DNA from: Aplysia californica
Lineage: Eukaryota
Assembly: GCF_000002075.1 (NCBI RefSeq)
Contig: NW_004797425.1
Coordinates: forward strand, 994,145-1,058,144
DNA length: 64,000 bases
Reading direction: 5' to 3'
Part shown: positions 37,101 through 49,584 of the stretch, piece after piece
Position numbering within the stretch: the stretch's first letter is position 1
Layout of the letters: every line of letters begins with the position of its first letter
The notes under the pieces: generated by a model
The model's database searches: none
Seen by the model: only the letters and a program-made list of their open reading frames with translations
What the model was told of the DNA's origin: nothing
Made by a program: the position numbers and the translations under genes

Positions 37101-40100
37101 TTCGGTCAAGAAATCTGGAGGAACAAGTAAGATAGTGGATTATCTGAAGGGTTATAGTGAAAAAATGGTGACAGATGCCTCACAAGAGGAGAAGCCAGAG
37201 AGTGTGCCTGAAACTGAGGTTGATTCCAAAGCCAAAGAAAAAATAGAAGTAGATGAGAAGACAGATGTTGAGAAGTTAAAGACAGAAGAAGAGAAAGTAT
37301 TTAATTCACCTAGTCCAAGTGAAGTGGAGGGTGATAAAAAAGAGATTCCCTCCGTAGATAAACAGCAAGATTCAAATATTTTGTTGCCTCCTAATAAAAA
37401 AGTAGATAGAGAAACTGAGGAAAAAGACCAAGTAGAATGTTCAACTGACAATGCTGTTATTATCGGCACAGAGGTCTCAGATGAGAAGCCACATGTTGAG
37501 CAAAAAGCAGAGAACAATCAGGAAGCTGAGGTGAATGATATAATTGTTGATGTTGGGGTTGATTCAGGCTTAAGTGGAGATAAAACCAACCTTACTGAAA
37601 AAGAAGGTTCGATTGTTAAGGCAAAGGAATTGCACTCTAAAACCAGAGTTGAAGAATTAGTACAGAAGGAAAGGGTGAGATCTCTTTCAAAAGATCGGAG
37701 TGAACGATCAGACTCAAAATCTTCTCAGAGAAGCAGAGAAAGGCGAGAGAGGTCGAAGTCATCAGACAGGTCAAAGTCTTCAGAAAAATCAAAAAGGAGT
37801 AATAGGGCCAAGTCACGGTCAAAGTCACTGTCTCCTGGACGATCAAGACGTGGGAACCGAGAAAAGTCTCGATCATTCTCCCCGCAACGTTCAAAGAAAA
37901 GTAAGAGAGGACAATCAAGGTCTCCAGAGAGGCGGAAAAGGAGCAACAGAGAGAAGTCACGGTCAAAGTCTGTAGAGCGTTCAAAAAGAAGTAACAGGGA
38001 AAGATCCAGGTCCCCATCAGAGACTAAGAGAGTCTCCAAGAGATCTCAGTCTAAATCTCCTAAGAGAAGTGGGCGTGATCGGAGAGATAGGTCAAGGTCT
38101 CTATCCTCAGATCGGCGGAGACGTAACAGGAGGTGGCGATCCAGGTCGCGATCAAATGAAAGATATCGTAAGCAAAGAAGTCCAGATATCTACGGCAGAC
38201 GGGACAGAGACAGGTACAGAAGGGATCGCTCCAACTCTGGTGAGAGGCGTCGCCGTAGATGGGGCAGTGAAAGTGATGAGAGGGAAAGTTCTCGCTCCGT
38301 GCGAAATCGCAGACAAAGGAGTACTTCGCGAGACTCTGATGTGCAGGAAATTGGTTCTCAGCCTGGTATATTAGAAAAGGGGAAGGCAAGCAAAGAAACA
38401 ATTGTTGTGGAGGATGATGAGGATCAAGTGAGTGCCATTGACATTGCTTCCATACCTATACCTGGAGAAATTCCTTTGCCTGGTGAGACATCTGTAGACA
38501 CAAAGAGTAAGGAAGTTCAGCAATCTTCTGCGCCAAATGATGGTCTTGTAGATAACCTCGAAGATGCCCCTATGGATATTTCAGATGAAGAGGAAAGATG
38601 CGAAGATGTTAAGGAAAAGAACGAAGGCTCTGTCATCATTAGGCCTGAAAACGAGCAGGAAAAAGATATAGCCAACAAAAGTTCAGCCGTGAGCTTGGCT
38701 GTGAAGACACCTACTAATGTTTCACAGGTGGAGAAACGTTCAAACTTGGCTGTTAATCCCTCTGGAAAAGAGAGACAGATCAAATTTTCCTTTTTTGGAA
38801 GCAGTAAGAAACTGAAGCCTGTGGTTGCCACAAGTATACTGGATGATGATGACAGTGTGGTGGAGAAGAAATCAGCCATTAGTCTACTGGATGTAGAAGA
38901 GACCAAACAAACCTCAGAGAGCCGTGTATGTGTTGTGGAGCAGGAAAATGTGGCCAAAGCTGCAGACAATCCAAATAATAGTAACTTGGAAAATAATCTA
39001 AAGAACGTAGAAAAATCAGCTGCTGTGAAGGAGGGTTTTGATGAGCCAGAGGTGGTTTCAAAGAATTTAACATCAAAGACAATTGATGAGGAAAGTAGTG
39101 CCACGAAGGAAAAAGTGTATTTAGAGGCCAGTGGAGTACCAGACCTTCTCGTGTCCAAATCTGAGGCTAAGACAAATTTATCTGTTCCGTTGGAGGATCT
39201 CTGCCAGCCACAGGAAGAGGATACGGAGGAGGTTAGCTTGTTAAGTGATCATGAAGATTCCAAGGTGCCAAACTCTTCCGACATGAAAACTGAAGAAGCT
39301 GTTAAGGAAGAGGACTCCCCACCCAAGAAGCTGAAGTTCAAGTATGTTCCATTGTGGGAGATGGAGGGTGAGAACAAAAAACCCCAGGCTTTGCTTGAGG
39401 AGGAGGAGAAACTAAAAAAGTCCAAACACCCTCTTGGGCTGGCTTTGGATTATGACAGTGAAAGCTCTGATGAGGAGGGTCAGAAAGAGGGAGAGAAGAT
39501 GTCAGCATCTCTTCTCCAGAATACTGCTAGTAATGAGAAGACGCGAGAAACGCCAAGTGGGACTGATGATGTGAGGTCCACAGAGATGCAAGGCAAGGCA
39601 GATACAGGAGTGCTGAAAGAAAGATATGGCAAAACAGATGCAGTGATAGTAGAGATAAAAGAAAGTAGAACTGTAAAAGAAGTGAAAGGACATGTTTTAG
39701 AAGAGGCAAAATTAACTGAAACAACAGTCACCACTCAGATGGGGATGGGGGAAAAAGATGTTGGCATGAAGAGAGAAATGCACAAAGACGTAGAAATGAA
39801 AGATGATATTTTAAAGGACCAATGTATAGATGCAGAAAAAGATAGTTCTTTGAGTGTTGATGTGAAAGACAATGTACATGTGAATGTGAAATTAGATAAA
39901 AGTAGTAAAGAAGGAGAGGAAGAATGTGTAGCCCTTGATAGGGGAAATGAACCTTATTCACCATCTCAGTCAGATGTAGAGGAGCCGTATTCACCTTCCT
40001 TTCCTTCCATGGAAGATTTAGATGGTACTGGTCCAAGTATAGAGCATAAACCATTGAAGTTTGCCCCAGGACAAGAGGACAAAGAGGAAAAGGGACACAC

Positions 40101-43100
40101 TCCATTGTCAAGTGATGTACAGGTCTCTACTGCAGCTCTTTTACAACAAGCTGTGAAAACTGCTGGATTGTCTAGTGCATCGGTATTAGGTGGTCCATCT
40201 GCTTTGCTACAAGGGGTAGCTGGTGTGTTCCCACCAGTGATAGGGACTGGCTCTGCAGGGCTGCAGACATTCCCACAGCCCGTGGCTCCAGTGATGTTCC
40301 CATTGACAGGTGTCCCGAAACCTGTCCCCCCTCCAGCTGTCCGTGGGATAGCCCCATTGATGGGGCAGACTCCAGCCCCAGTGCCCCCTCCACTCGTTGT
40401 TGGGGGAGTTCAAGTTCCAGGCCAGGTGCCTGCCCCAAGTTCTATAGGGATCCAGACCCCAGGCCTTGTGCCCCCTCCGGTCGTCCCGGTTCCAGCCCCA
40501 GGGGTTAAGTTCTCAGGTGTGGGAACTATTCCAGCGTCCACCGTTCCCCAGCCTGTGCCTCCCCCTCTCCTGCAGTCTGCAGTGACTGTAGCCCCAGGTG
40601 TGCCAAGCCTTCCTGTTGGATCTCAAAGCACTGGGTTGTTGAGCACTTCTGAACCAGTCAACTGGGGTGCTCAGGCAGCCTCAGTTCCTCCACCTGGTCA
40701 GCCCATCGGTGCTGCTGTAGTACCAGCTCCCCCATCAGTATCGGCAGTTTCTGATCTTATTCCTACTACCCAAGGACAGGTGACAGGTGTAAGCCCTGCT
40801 GTGATCCAGTCAATGGGCACAACATCTGCACCAGCTGCTGCCGCCCCAGTCAGGTTCCGCGTGTCTCGCTTCCATCAGGGTCCTGCTGCTGGGGTCACGG
40901 GAGTGGTTGTGCCGCCACCCACTGTGTCTGTTCCCAGCCTGCACACCCCAGCCACTGTCCCCCCTGTATGGGGAGGGCCTGGCATGGTCAGCATTGACAC
41001 TCCATCAGTGACGACGGGAGATACCTCTACAGTATCAAAGTCACAGCAGAGCTTAGTCTCAACCAAGTCTGCTGTGGTACCATTGAAACCAGCAGTCAGT
41101 ATCTCAACTGGTAGTAAGCGGCCTAAGTTCACATCTATTCTGTCTCAGCCCAAGATTGAAGACCCATCAGTTCTTCAGTCACTGGGAATAAAGCCTGCTG
41201 TGAAGACGCTGTCTAAAGAAGTAATAAGTAATCCACAAGGCAAGACTGTAGAGGTTACAAGCACATCCACAGAGAGGTTGAGTGCTATTTTGAAGGAACA
41301 GTCTCTGTCGCTTTCTGAGGACTGTAAAAAAGACAGCCCTGATATTGCCACACTAAGTGGGGTACCTGTTGAACCGTTCCAGATAAAGTCTGGGCTTGTT
41401 GATGAAATCAGAACTGTGGAGAAAGATCCAAAGAAGTCTAGTGACTCCTTGAAAGATATGAACACTGAGAGTCATACTATAGACGAGAAAACAGAGCTGT
41501 CAACCACTAAAGACGAGGGTACAGCTCGTGATGGTGGAAAAGTTTTGAATGTTCCAAAACCAGGCCTAGTGCTCACCATTAACCAGGTGGAGAGACAGGC
41601 AGAGGTGATGGAAGCCTCATCTACTCTCTATGACATTGACACTGACAGTATACCATTGCCAGGTGTCGAAGCAAAGCCACCAATGACTCAGACCCCTGCT
41701 CCCCCTGCCCCCTCAGGGAATATATTAACTGAGCAACTGTCACAACCTCCACTCCCGGTGCAGCCGGCTGTTACTTCTGCCCCACCCTTACCCGAAAGCC
41801 CAGCTCCACCACCACCTGTCCAACCACCTCTTCCGGCCCCAGAGGAGGATGTGACTCTTTCTTCTACGGCAGCAAAGAGTCAAACGCCAAACACTGCAGA
41901 AAAGAATAAAAAAGTTTATCAGTCCCCTTTGGCCATAGGTTTGCTACCGAAGGTGACAAGCATTCAGTCACCTTTGTCCATTGGCCCATTACCAACGGTC
42001 CCACCAGAGCGTCCGGCCTCTCAGTTGTCCTTTCCATTAAAACAGAAACTGTCTCAAATCAGTTTTGGTAACAAGATGAAAAAAAGTTCTGGGGACAAAG
42101 ATGAAGATATGAAAGGCAACCAAAGTCAACAGGGCTCCTCCGCTTCTAAAATTCACATAGTGCTGAAGAGCAAGTCAGCTGTACAGAAAACTGTGGTTCC
42201 AGGCTTTGAAGATGAAGGCAGTGATGATGGGTCAGCTGGTGACACGCTGGCTGATATATTTTCAGATGGGGAGACACTTCAGAAAACTAACAGAGAGGAA
42301 GAGCAGGAGCAGCTTTTATCTTCTGATCATGCTGCAAGGGCGTCCGAGGTTGAAGTGTCAACAGGTGCTGTCTCTAGAAGTAAAGTAGATGAGACTGCTT
42401 TCTTGTTGGATTCGTTGCATAGTGTGAGTGGTTCAGCAGAAGCATCTTCTGGAACTGAGGTAAACAGTCATGGGTCAAAAGGTACTACAGTAGTTGATGT
42501 GGAGGCTTTCCCAGTGCAGGTGATCACAAGCTCTAGGAAACAGGAAGAAAGCTCAAGTACTGCTTGGCCAGAGTTCACTGCTGGGGAGAGCAAAGGGAAG
42601 GAAGCCGTACCAGAGAAAGAGACTGCAGACAGGGATGACTCCAGGGACAGCAAAGAGAGGTCGCGAGATCGTCACAGGAACAGGGATGATAGCCGAGATG
42701 ATGGGAGAAAGAGAGGTGATGATAAAGATCGTAGGAGGGCTGACGATAAGAAAAAGAAGTACAATGATGGAGATGACAATGATGAAGAGCAGAGAAGTAG
42801 CAGGAGAGGTGATGTTGCAGAGGAGGAGAGAGGACTAGTGAAAATAAAGAAAGAAAAGGATGATGGGTCATACTATGGTAAAAAGCGAAGAGAAGATGAA
42901 AAAGGTGACAGCTATTCAGAGAAGAAGTCCGAAAGAAGAAGGGGAGATGATGAAGACTACAGTCGAACAAGAAGACGAAAAAGAAATGATGAAGAGGATT
43001 ATGATGATAAGTCTGGTAGAGGAAGGGAGGAGGATAGCAGAAGAAAAAGTCGTGAGAACAGGGATGACGACAGAAAGAGGAGGCGTTATGATGAAGATGA

Positions 43101-43313
43101 GGAAGATTCTCGTAGGGGTCGCCGCTTTGAACGTGACAGAAGTCGTGAACGGGACAGGAGCCGTGAAAGATCAGGACGGGGTGATCGTGATCGCAGCCGT
43201 GAGAGGGATCGTGGCAGCAAGTCTAGCCGCGGTGGCTTAAAACGAAGTCGACGATCAAGAGAAAGAAGCCGCAGCTCCAGCCCACCCCGCAAGAGAGAAC
43301 GCAGCTGGGACAG
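34112..43313 (+). CDS. SETD2: SETD2 giant exon (9,202 nt; RS-rich, charged, Pro-rich disordered N-terminal region)
   Basis: 3,076-aa uninterrupted ORF. TACTAAT branch site at 34082 and acceptor tttcttcag| (phase 1). Donor AG|gtgaga (phase 2) is in frame with the next exon. Confidence 0.9.
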
Positions 43314-44128
43314 GTGAGAGGAGTGTTTTTGTTATTTCAACTTTAGTTGTCTGTATTTCAACTCAGTTGTCTTTTTTCATGTTCTTTCACTTCCATCTCG
43401 TTATTGCTCTATTTTTTCTTGCACTTTACCTTTTTTTGCTTTTGTTAGGTAGTGATTTAATAAAATCTTGCTATTTGAACAATTCTGTGATCATGGGTGG
43501 TTGGCGGGTGCTCTGATATGGTTTGTTCCTTCTCTCCTATCAAACATCTATAGTTCTTCTCTCTCCTTATTTGTTACTGTCTTGAACTTACATGACGTAA
43601 TTGTGTTACAAGTGTAGTAAAACTTTTACTTAAAACGAATCTGTGATCTGAACTTCTGTGTACAAATCTGTGTTCTGAACTACTGCATTGATTATATGAT
43701 ATTTCAAAAACTGAACTGAACTACCCATGAAATAATTCTGTCCTTGAGGCTCCCTGATTTATAGGGGAGGGGGGGGGGGATTACTTACAGGCTCAGCTTT
43801 CAAATTTAAAAAAAAATTAATGTTATGCAAATTGCATGTCCCTGTTACAAATTGCATAAATAAGGCATGTTACCATGTTTCAAGCAGATATGCTTAGCTT
43901 TGAGAACCGATAATTGAATTAATGTGACATAGATATCTTGTCGTTGCTCCGACTTTTCCAATTTTCATGGATACACATTTTGGTACGGATGACTTTTTCC
44001 TGTTGACTGTTGCAGTGAAGGGGCATTTCTACAGGCTGCTTTATTTTTAGTCTTCTACCTATGTCTGATTTTGAGCCTTTGAGCCTTGTTGATGTTAAGT
44101 TAAACTTTTTTAATTTGAACTTTTGCAG

Positions 44129-45626
44129 GTATGAGAGGAACCGTAGTCGAGATAGAAGCCAAAGTCGCAGCCCAAGTCGTGATAGAGATAGGAAAAATCG
44201 CGATAGCAGGGGACCAAGCTCCCGCAGGAAAGAGGGCAAGTCTTTCAAGGATGAACTCCTGGATGAGTTCAAGAAACTGGATTCAAAGTCAGGCTCAGGC
44301 AAGACGGGAGCCCAGGATGATCTTTTTAAGGTGGCAGCAATTGGCTCATCTGCATCGAGTTCTTCTCTGTCCTACATTTCTGATGCTAGTATGATTCCAT
44401 ACCCAGGCGAGCCTGTGCAAGCTTATCAGGGTGACCCCAACTACCCCGCCGACCCGTCCTTGTATCCAGTCCACCCAACTCCACAAGTCCAGGCAACGGG
44501 GACAGACATGGTGGGAGCGTACCCCGGTCAGGATGCAGCCTATAGCTCTCAGTATTCTGGGTCCTATGACCCCCAACTGTATGGCAGCACTCAACCGTCC
44601 TGGCCTCAGTCTGGACTGCACCAGGAGATACCCTCACAAGACCAGGCCCAGATGTATCCTCCGCAGGTGTCGGAGCACCAGCAGTATCCGTTCCACAGCC
44701 AGCAGCCGCCGCACCATCCTCAGCAGCCACAGCATCTCCAGCAACAGCAGCAACACATGCATGTGTACCCCCCTCAGCCACCACCCATTTCTCAATACCA
44801 GGGTCAACAGCAACCCCAAGACATGTACCAGCCTAACCAGCTACCCCCCGTGGCTCCAATGGCACCAGGCAGCCCACTCATTCACACCAGTACAGACCAA
44901 CAGCCTTATTCTGCTGCTCCAGCTCCCCACAGTGCATCACTTTCATCATCCTTAGTCTCATCTCTGACTTTGTTAAGCAACCAGCTCTCCCAGCAATCGG
45001 GACATTTTAGTGGAACACCCGGAGGCCCCCCAAGCTTCCCCAAAGAAACACACTCTCAGTTTTCTGCCCCTGGGGGCAGCAACTCCACCCAAGTGACCTT
45101 TGAAATGACCCCAGGCGCTGGCATTCCTTCCCCTCAGGCTCGAGGACCCCTTCTCAAAACCCCTCTCCTGCCTGTCCCAGGCACACCTCCAAACTCATTT
45201 GGAAGCTCTCATTTCTTTTCTCCTGTCCCTCAGTCTGATCCGAAGGTCAGCAAAAAGCCAGTGTTCAGTGTACCTTCTGTGACCAGCAGCTCTTCTCCTG
45301 CTCATGGGAGTCCAGTGCTTAAAGCTGTGCCGTCCACTTCTAGTTCGCCGGCTATTGACTCGTCGACACCTCGGTCTGGGCGACGCAGGTCCACTCGCTG
45401 GGGAGCCCCTCTTACAGAGGAGCCATCCTTTGAGACATCTAGTCTAGCCGAACCAGTAGATGTTTCTGACAAGGATAGCTCTGTCAAGCAGAAGCCATCT
45501 GTGCGGGCTGAAAGTAAAGTGGTTGAGGCTGTGAACGAGTCAACCGTGTCTTCGTCTGGTGTTGAGGACAGTACAGGGGACACTGGCAGTGACTCTGGCA
45601 CAGATACAGTCCACAAGCCTCTCAAA
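44129..45626 (+). CDS. SETD2: SETD2 exon (RS, then Q/P/Y/S-rich low complexity)
   Basis: ttttgcag|G TAT GAG...CTC AAA|gtgagt; phase 2 to 0; lies within ORF 44061-45671. Confidence 0.9.
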
Positions 45627-46129
45627 GTGAGTTCCTTACTGGTAACTTGGTTCTTAATGTCCAAGAGATAGATTTGAAGAAGTTGTTGATCACCTAATCA
45701 CCTAATTTGGATTTGCCATGTAGGGGGGGGGGGGGGGGATTTTTTGCAGAAAGGAACATTCTTCAGCTTGCTAATATATTTTATATCTTTTTACAGTTTC
45801 TGTAAAAAGGGTTTCAGAGCGCCATTAAACAGTAATTTGTATTGGTAATTACTGTTGGTCCCGGGGTTGCTTATAAATCTATGATATATATATATATATA
45901 TTGTATGTGAAAGTTCGTCACTTCGGTCACCTAAAACTTCCGTACCACTTAACTTTCGAATTTGAAAAAATTAACGGTAGTTCAGAATCATTTAAAGGGT
46001 GCAGTTATATTAAGGAGTCTGAAGTCACAGTAGTTTAATTTTCAGTTTTTTATCAGTTTCATTTAGATTTAAACTTGGAAAAGTCCGTCTTTTGCCATTG
46101 TACAGAAGTGAGGCTTCTGTTCACAAGCA

Positions 46130-46390
46130 GCGCACACTGGTTCCCCATTGACTTGAGGATCGATTCTTTTGAGTCTGTTCATCGAACGGGTACCCAGCTA
46201 GTTACATATTTACAGTTAACCACCATTACAGTGGCCGTTCCCTATCTTTCACAAGGGACCTGCTGGGTCGGGAGTGGTCACCCCTCGCCCAGTGCTAACC
46301 CCTGATTGAGGGCTTAATTCTCCCAACTGGTGAAGCACCTCTCAAAAATGTCATGCCCTCCTTGAATTTAGGGGTAACACCTTTCCTTTG
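46130..46390 (+). mobile_element. Degenerate SINE body
   Basis: ACGGGTACCCAG core-like motif and ACACCTTTCCTTT tail. Confidence 0.35.
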
Positions 46391-47286
46391 TAGGCCTATT
46401 ATTGTTTTCGTCCAGATTTCTTTAATACTAAAAGATCCTGTAAACATGTACAACAATATACTACAGAAATATCTCAGTATTGGCTGCCTTTGAAGTCGCC
46501 TGTTTGTGTCCAGTAAAGCAGGGCTTGGGACACAAACAAGAATCTTGTTCATTTCCAGTTCTTAATGACCCTTGTGTCTCCTTCAATTCAGACTCAGACT
46601 CCCTCAGCTGTTGTTTTTATTTACTATTTTTAAATTTCAGTTTACTGTGTCAGGGGTTCTGAGCCAATACTTTGTATTCCTCCAGTATGCTGTTATGTCA
46701 ACCTCACGTCATGAGTATTACTCACTTGATCATTGATATTGATGCTTTTTCAATTTGTCTCTCAGACATGGTTTCTGAGGAGGAAGGCTTCTTTTTAATT
46801 ATGCGTGTGGGTAATAAAACTAGTTTACTGTGAATGATTGTTTTAATGAAATTCTATCCCTTCTTTCATGATTGGCTGTGATGCACAAGCTTCATTGACA
46901 GCATAACATGATTGCTCTCCTGTGCCACTGCTTTTCTTCCATATGTCTTCAAAAGGCTTTTTGAGATGGATGGTTGGAATGTGGATTATAATAGCTTCTC
47001 AAGTTGATATAACATGGAAAGCAGTCTCAGGCTTCAGTCCAGCTCAGCAGAAGAGTAAGGCATGTTGGCTTGGACACCGAAATGACGTAATTTTCAAAAA
47101 CCACAACTTGTGTCCTTTGTAGTTTTAATGGATTGAGCACTGCATAACTGTAATTTGTTAATTTTCAAAAAAAGGATGCAATACTGTGTGCATTCAAGAT
47201 TAACTATGGTTTTATACAGCAGCTATGTGTTCAGTGATTATTTCTACATCTGTGTACCACATTTCTTCATTCAAGAAAATGGATGT

Positions 47287-47420
47287 GGATGGCTGGAGGG
47301 CCCAACAGGTAGGTCTTACTTTTTTTACTTTTCCTTTGTTGTTTCTGTCTGTATGTGTCTTACTTTTTCCAAGCACTAAATGACAGTTATTGTGTCGATA
47401 TGCTTCTTTTCACTCAAACT
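47287..47420 (+). mobile_element. Short retroposon type II (representative; other copies at ~24925, 28760, 29049, 29606, 31272, 31412, 31668)
   Basis: Consensus GGGTGGTTGGAGGGCGCCACTGGTAGGTCCTAC...CACTAAATGACCGTTATCGTGTCGATGTGCTTC. Confidence 0.7.
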
Positions 47421-47447
47421 AAAGAAAAGGAAACATTGTTTGACCAG

Positions 47448-47747
47448 GTGAAGTCACGTTGGCGCAGGAACAGCGAGGCAGAAGCTGTGGGAGCGGATAC
47501 GTCCACCCCTCCCCTCTCCTCAGAGACGCCTGCCCCTCCCATGCCTCTGGCTAAACAGCTGCTGACTCGCACCTCAGTGGCTGCCTCCAGCCCTGCCTCA
47601 AGCCCAACGCCTGACTCCTCCCCGCGGGAAACGCGACGGACAAGGTCTAAAGCAACCTTGGTGCAGAAACTGGCTGATGGCACTCCACCACCACCCCCTC
47701 CAGCACAGAAGAGATTGAAAGGGGAAGAGGAAGCCAATACTGACAAG
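47448..47747 (+). CDS. SETD2: SETD2 exon (VKSRWRRNSEAE...)
   Basis: gaccag|GTG...AAG|gtgaga; 300 nt; phase 0 to 0. Confidence 0.88.
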
Positions 47748-48117
47748 GTGAGAAATACTCAAATAGTACCAGAAATCCAGTAACAATTTCATTAATGTAA
47801 AACTTTTAAAAGAAAAGTCCGGTTATGCCAGATAATATCGACCAGACTACATCATTGTTCTTTGGTTCAGGCTCACGTTGTCAAGGATATCATCTTTTTA
47901 ATTCATAATAACAGTTCCTGCGTTTTTATCATTTTTTATTTTTCAAGCTAGAGAAGGTGGTTGGTGTAACGTAATTTGTTTGTCAATGTTTGCCCCAATT
48001 AAAAAAAAAAATCCCTGAAGAGGTGAGCGAAATGCTGGCATTGGTATGGGAGGGCATAAGAAACTTGTCATGTTCTTGCCATAAACTCTAGCTATTTATA
48101 TGTTTTCATCATATTAG

Positions 48118-48257
48118 ATGGTACTGGTGGAAACGTCAGCAGTTGAAGAGGTTACTAACAAGGAGAACGAAGAAAAACGGGACCTGGCCAGTATAATAGC
48201 TCGACCTGACTTTCCCAAGTTTGAAATCATCACAGAGAATATTCATCTCACAGAAAG
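48118..48257 (+). CDS. SETD2: SETD2 exon, pre-AWS (FEIITENIHLTER)
   Basis: attag|ATG...GAA AG|gtatgt; corresponds to vertebrate FDLIEENVYLTER. Confidence 0.92.
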
Positions 48258-48374
48258 GTATGTCAAGTTAAGCTGTATTTGTGGAGAATCTGGGCGCTGG
48301 TAACAACTCTGGTTTTTGCTGGTATTTGTGCTGTGTGATTTCCCTGTGTAAGAGTGATTCACTTCTGAAGTTGT

Positions 48375-48555
48375 GGGTGCTTGGTGGGTGCTCTGGTGTG
48401 GTTTGCTTCTTCTTTCCTATCAAACATCTATCATCTTTATCTCCCCTTCGTCTTTTTTGTGCTTGTTACTCTCTTATAACACCTAATCTTTGGCACTTTT
48501 ATGGCCTCATTGTGTTGCAAGTGCCGTAAAACACTTACTAAAACTAAAACTAAAC
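48375..48555 (+). mobile_element. Short retroposon type I (representative; other copies at ~24623, 26167, 28529, 29144, 32359, 43495, 58846, 59378, 63935)
   Basis: Consensus GGGTGGTTGGCGGGTGCTCTGGTGTGGTTTGC...GGCACTTATATGACCTTATTGTGTTGCAAGTGCCGTAAAAC(ACTAAA)n with a terminal stem-loop. Confidence 0.8.
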
Positions 48556-48762
48556 TTCTGAAATTCACAATAGATGTTGATCAGCATGATCTTTTCAGAA
48601 AATTGGGAGTTTGTTTTGTTCTGTGATACAGGCAGGTTACTGATAGTGTATGAAGTAATAGTTAAAGGTTTATGTGCTACCTGGACAAGTGTTACTAAAT
48701 GGCGTTCTAGACACTAAGGTTCTGTCTTTACTCATTGTATGTACACTGCATTTTGCTCACAG

Positions 48763-48882
48763 GAAAAGGTCAAAGAGTATGAAGAGAATGCAATGCGACT
48801 GCACAACATCACGAGAAGACCGAGCCATGGGCATTGAACCCTGTGGCTCTGACTGTCTGAATAGAATGCTCATGATAGAGTG
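48763..48882 (+). CDS. SETD2: SETD2 exon, AWS domain
   Basis: cacag|G AAA AGG...GAG TG|gtaagt; MQCDCTTS...CGSDCLNRMLMIE. Confidence 0.96.
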
Positions 48883-49312
48883 GTAAGTCATATCTTTTAG
48901 TAAAAACGATTTCTGTATAGTACTAGCATAGGTCATGTCACAAGTAGAAAGTGCTGGTAAATTTCGTATAAATTTAAATGAAACTGGGCTTCTTTTTTCT
49001 GTGGATCAAGTTCTTCCCATACAAGGAGATGTAGTGTAAGTTATAAGAATGCCAGTTTGAAGATGTGTAAAATTGAGATGTTTTCGGAATAATGTAACTT
49101 GGTGTTGCGTTTTTACTTTTTTAAAATACTGTACTTCAGTTAGGGGGATAATTCTTGAAATGTGATGACAGAACATTTTATATTTATTTATTTTCTCACT
49201 TCGTGACCGAAAGATACATCTCTTTGTCTCAGAAATGCGTCTAAGGTTCAAATTCATGCATGAATGTGAAACTGCCATTGTCAGTTGAATGTCATGTATT
49301 CTCTATCTACAG

Positions 49313-49364
49313 TGGATCACGCTGTCCTTGTGGGGACTATTGCACAAATAAAAGGTTTCAGAAG
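49313..49364 (+). CDS. SETD2: SETD2 exon, AWS end (CGSRCPCGDYCTNKRFQK)
   Basis: ctacag|T GGA...CAG AAG|gttagt; 52 nt; phase 2 to 0. Confidence 0.95.
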
Positions 49365-49584
49365 GTTAGTATTCGTTTTACTGGTTTTGTGTGTATTCAC
49401 TTTTTAAGAATTGCTTGTGGAGTTTATTCTGGTTGAAATATAGGTATTTTTTAAATGTTGTAATCATCTGCTTTTAATTACGAACTTTTCATTTGTCACT
49501 GTTTCAAGGATAATTGGTATTCCCAGGTGCTGTGGTTTTTTAAAATGTAAATACTGTGCATCTGTTCTTTTGTCAAAGCAGACA

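Noticed and set aside
34087-43317. 3,076-aa ORF as a standalone intronless gene (SRRM2/SON-like)
   Set aside because: The ATG lies between a branch site and an acceptor, and the 3' end splices in frame towards the SET exons.
34043-45664. Many minus-strand and alternative-frame ORFs over the large exons
   Set aside because: Shadow ORFs of low-complexity, purine-rich coding sequence; no independent signal.
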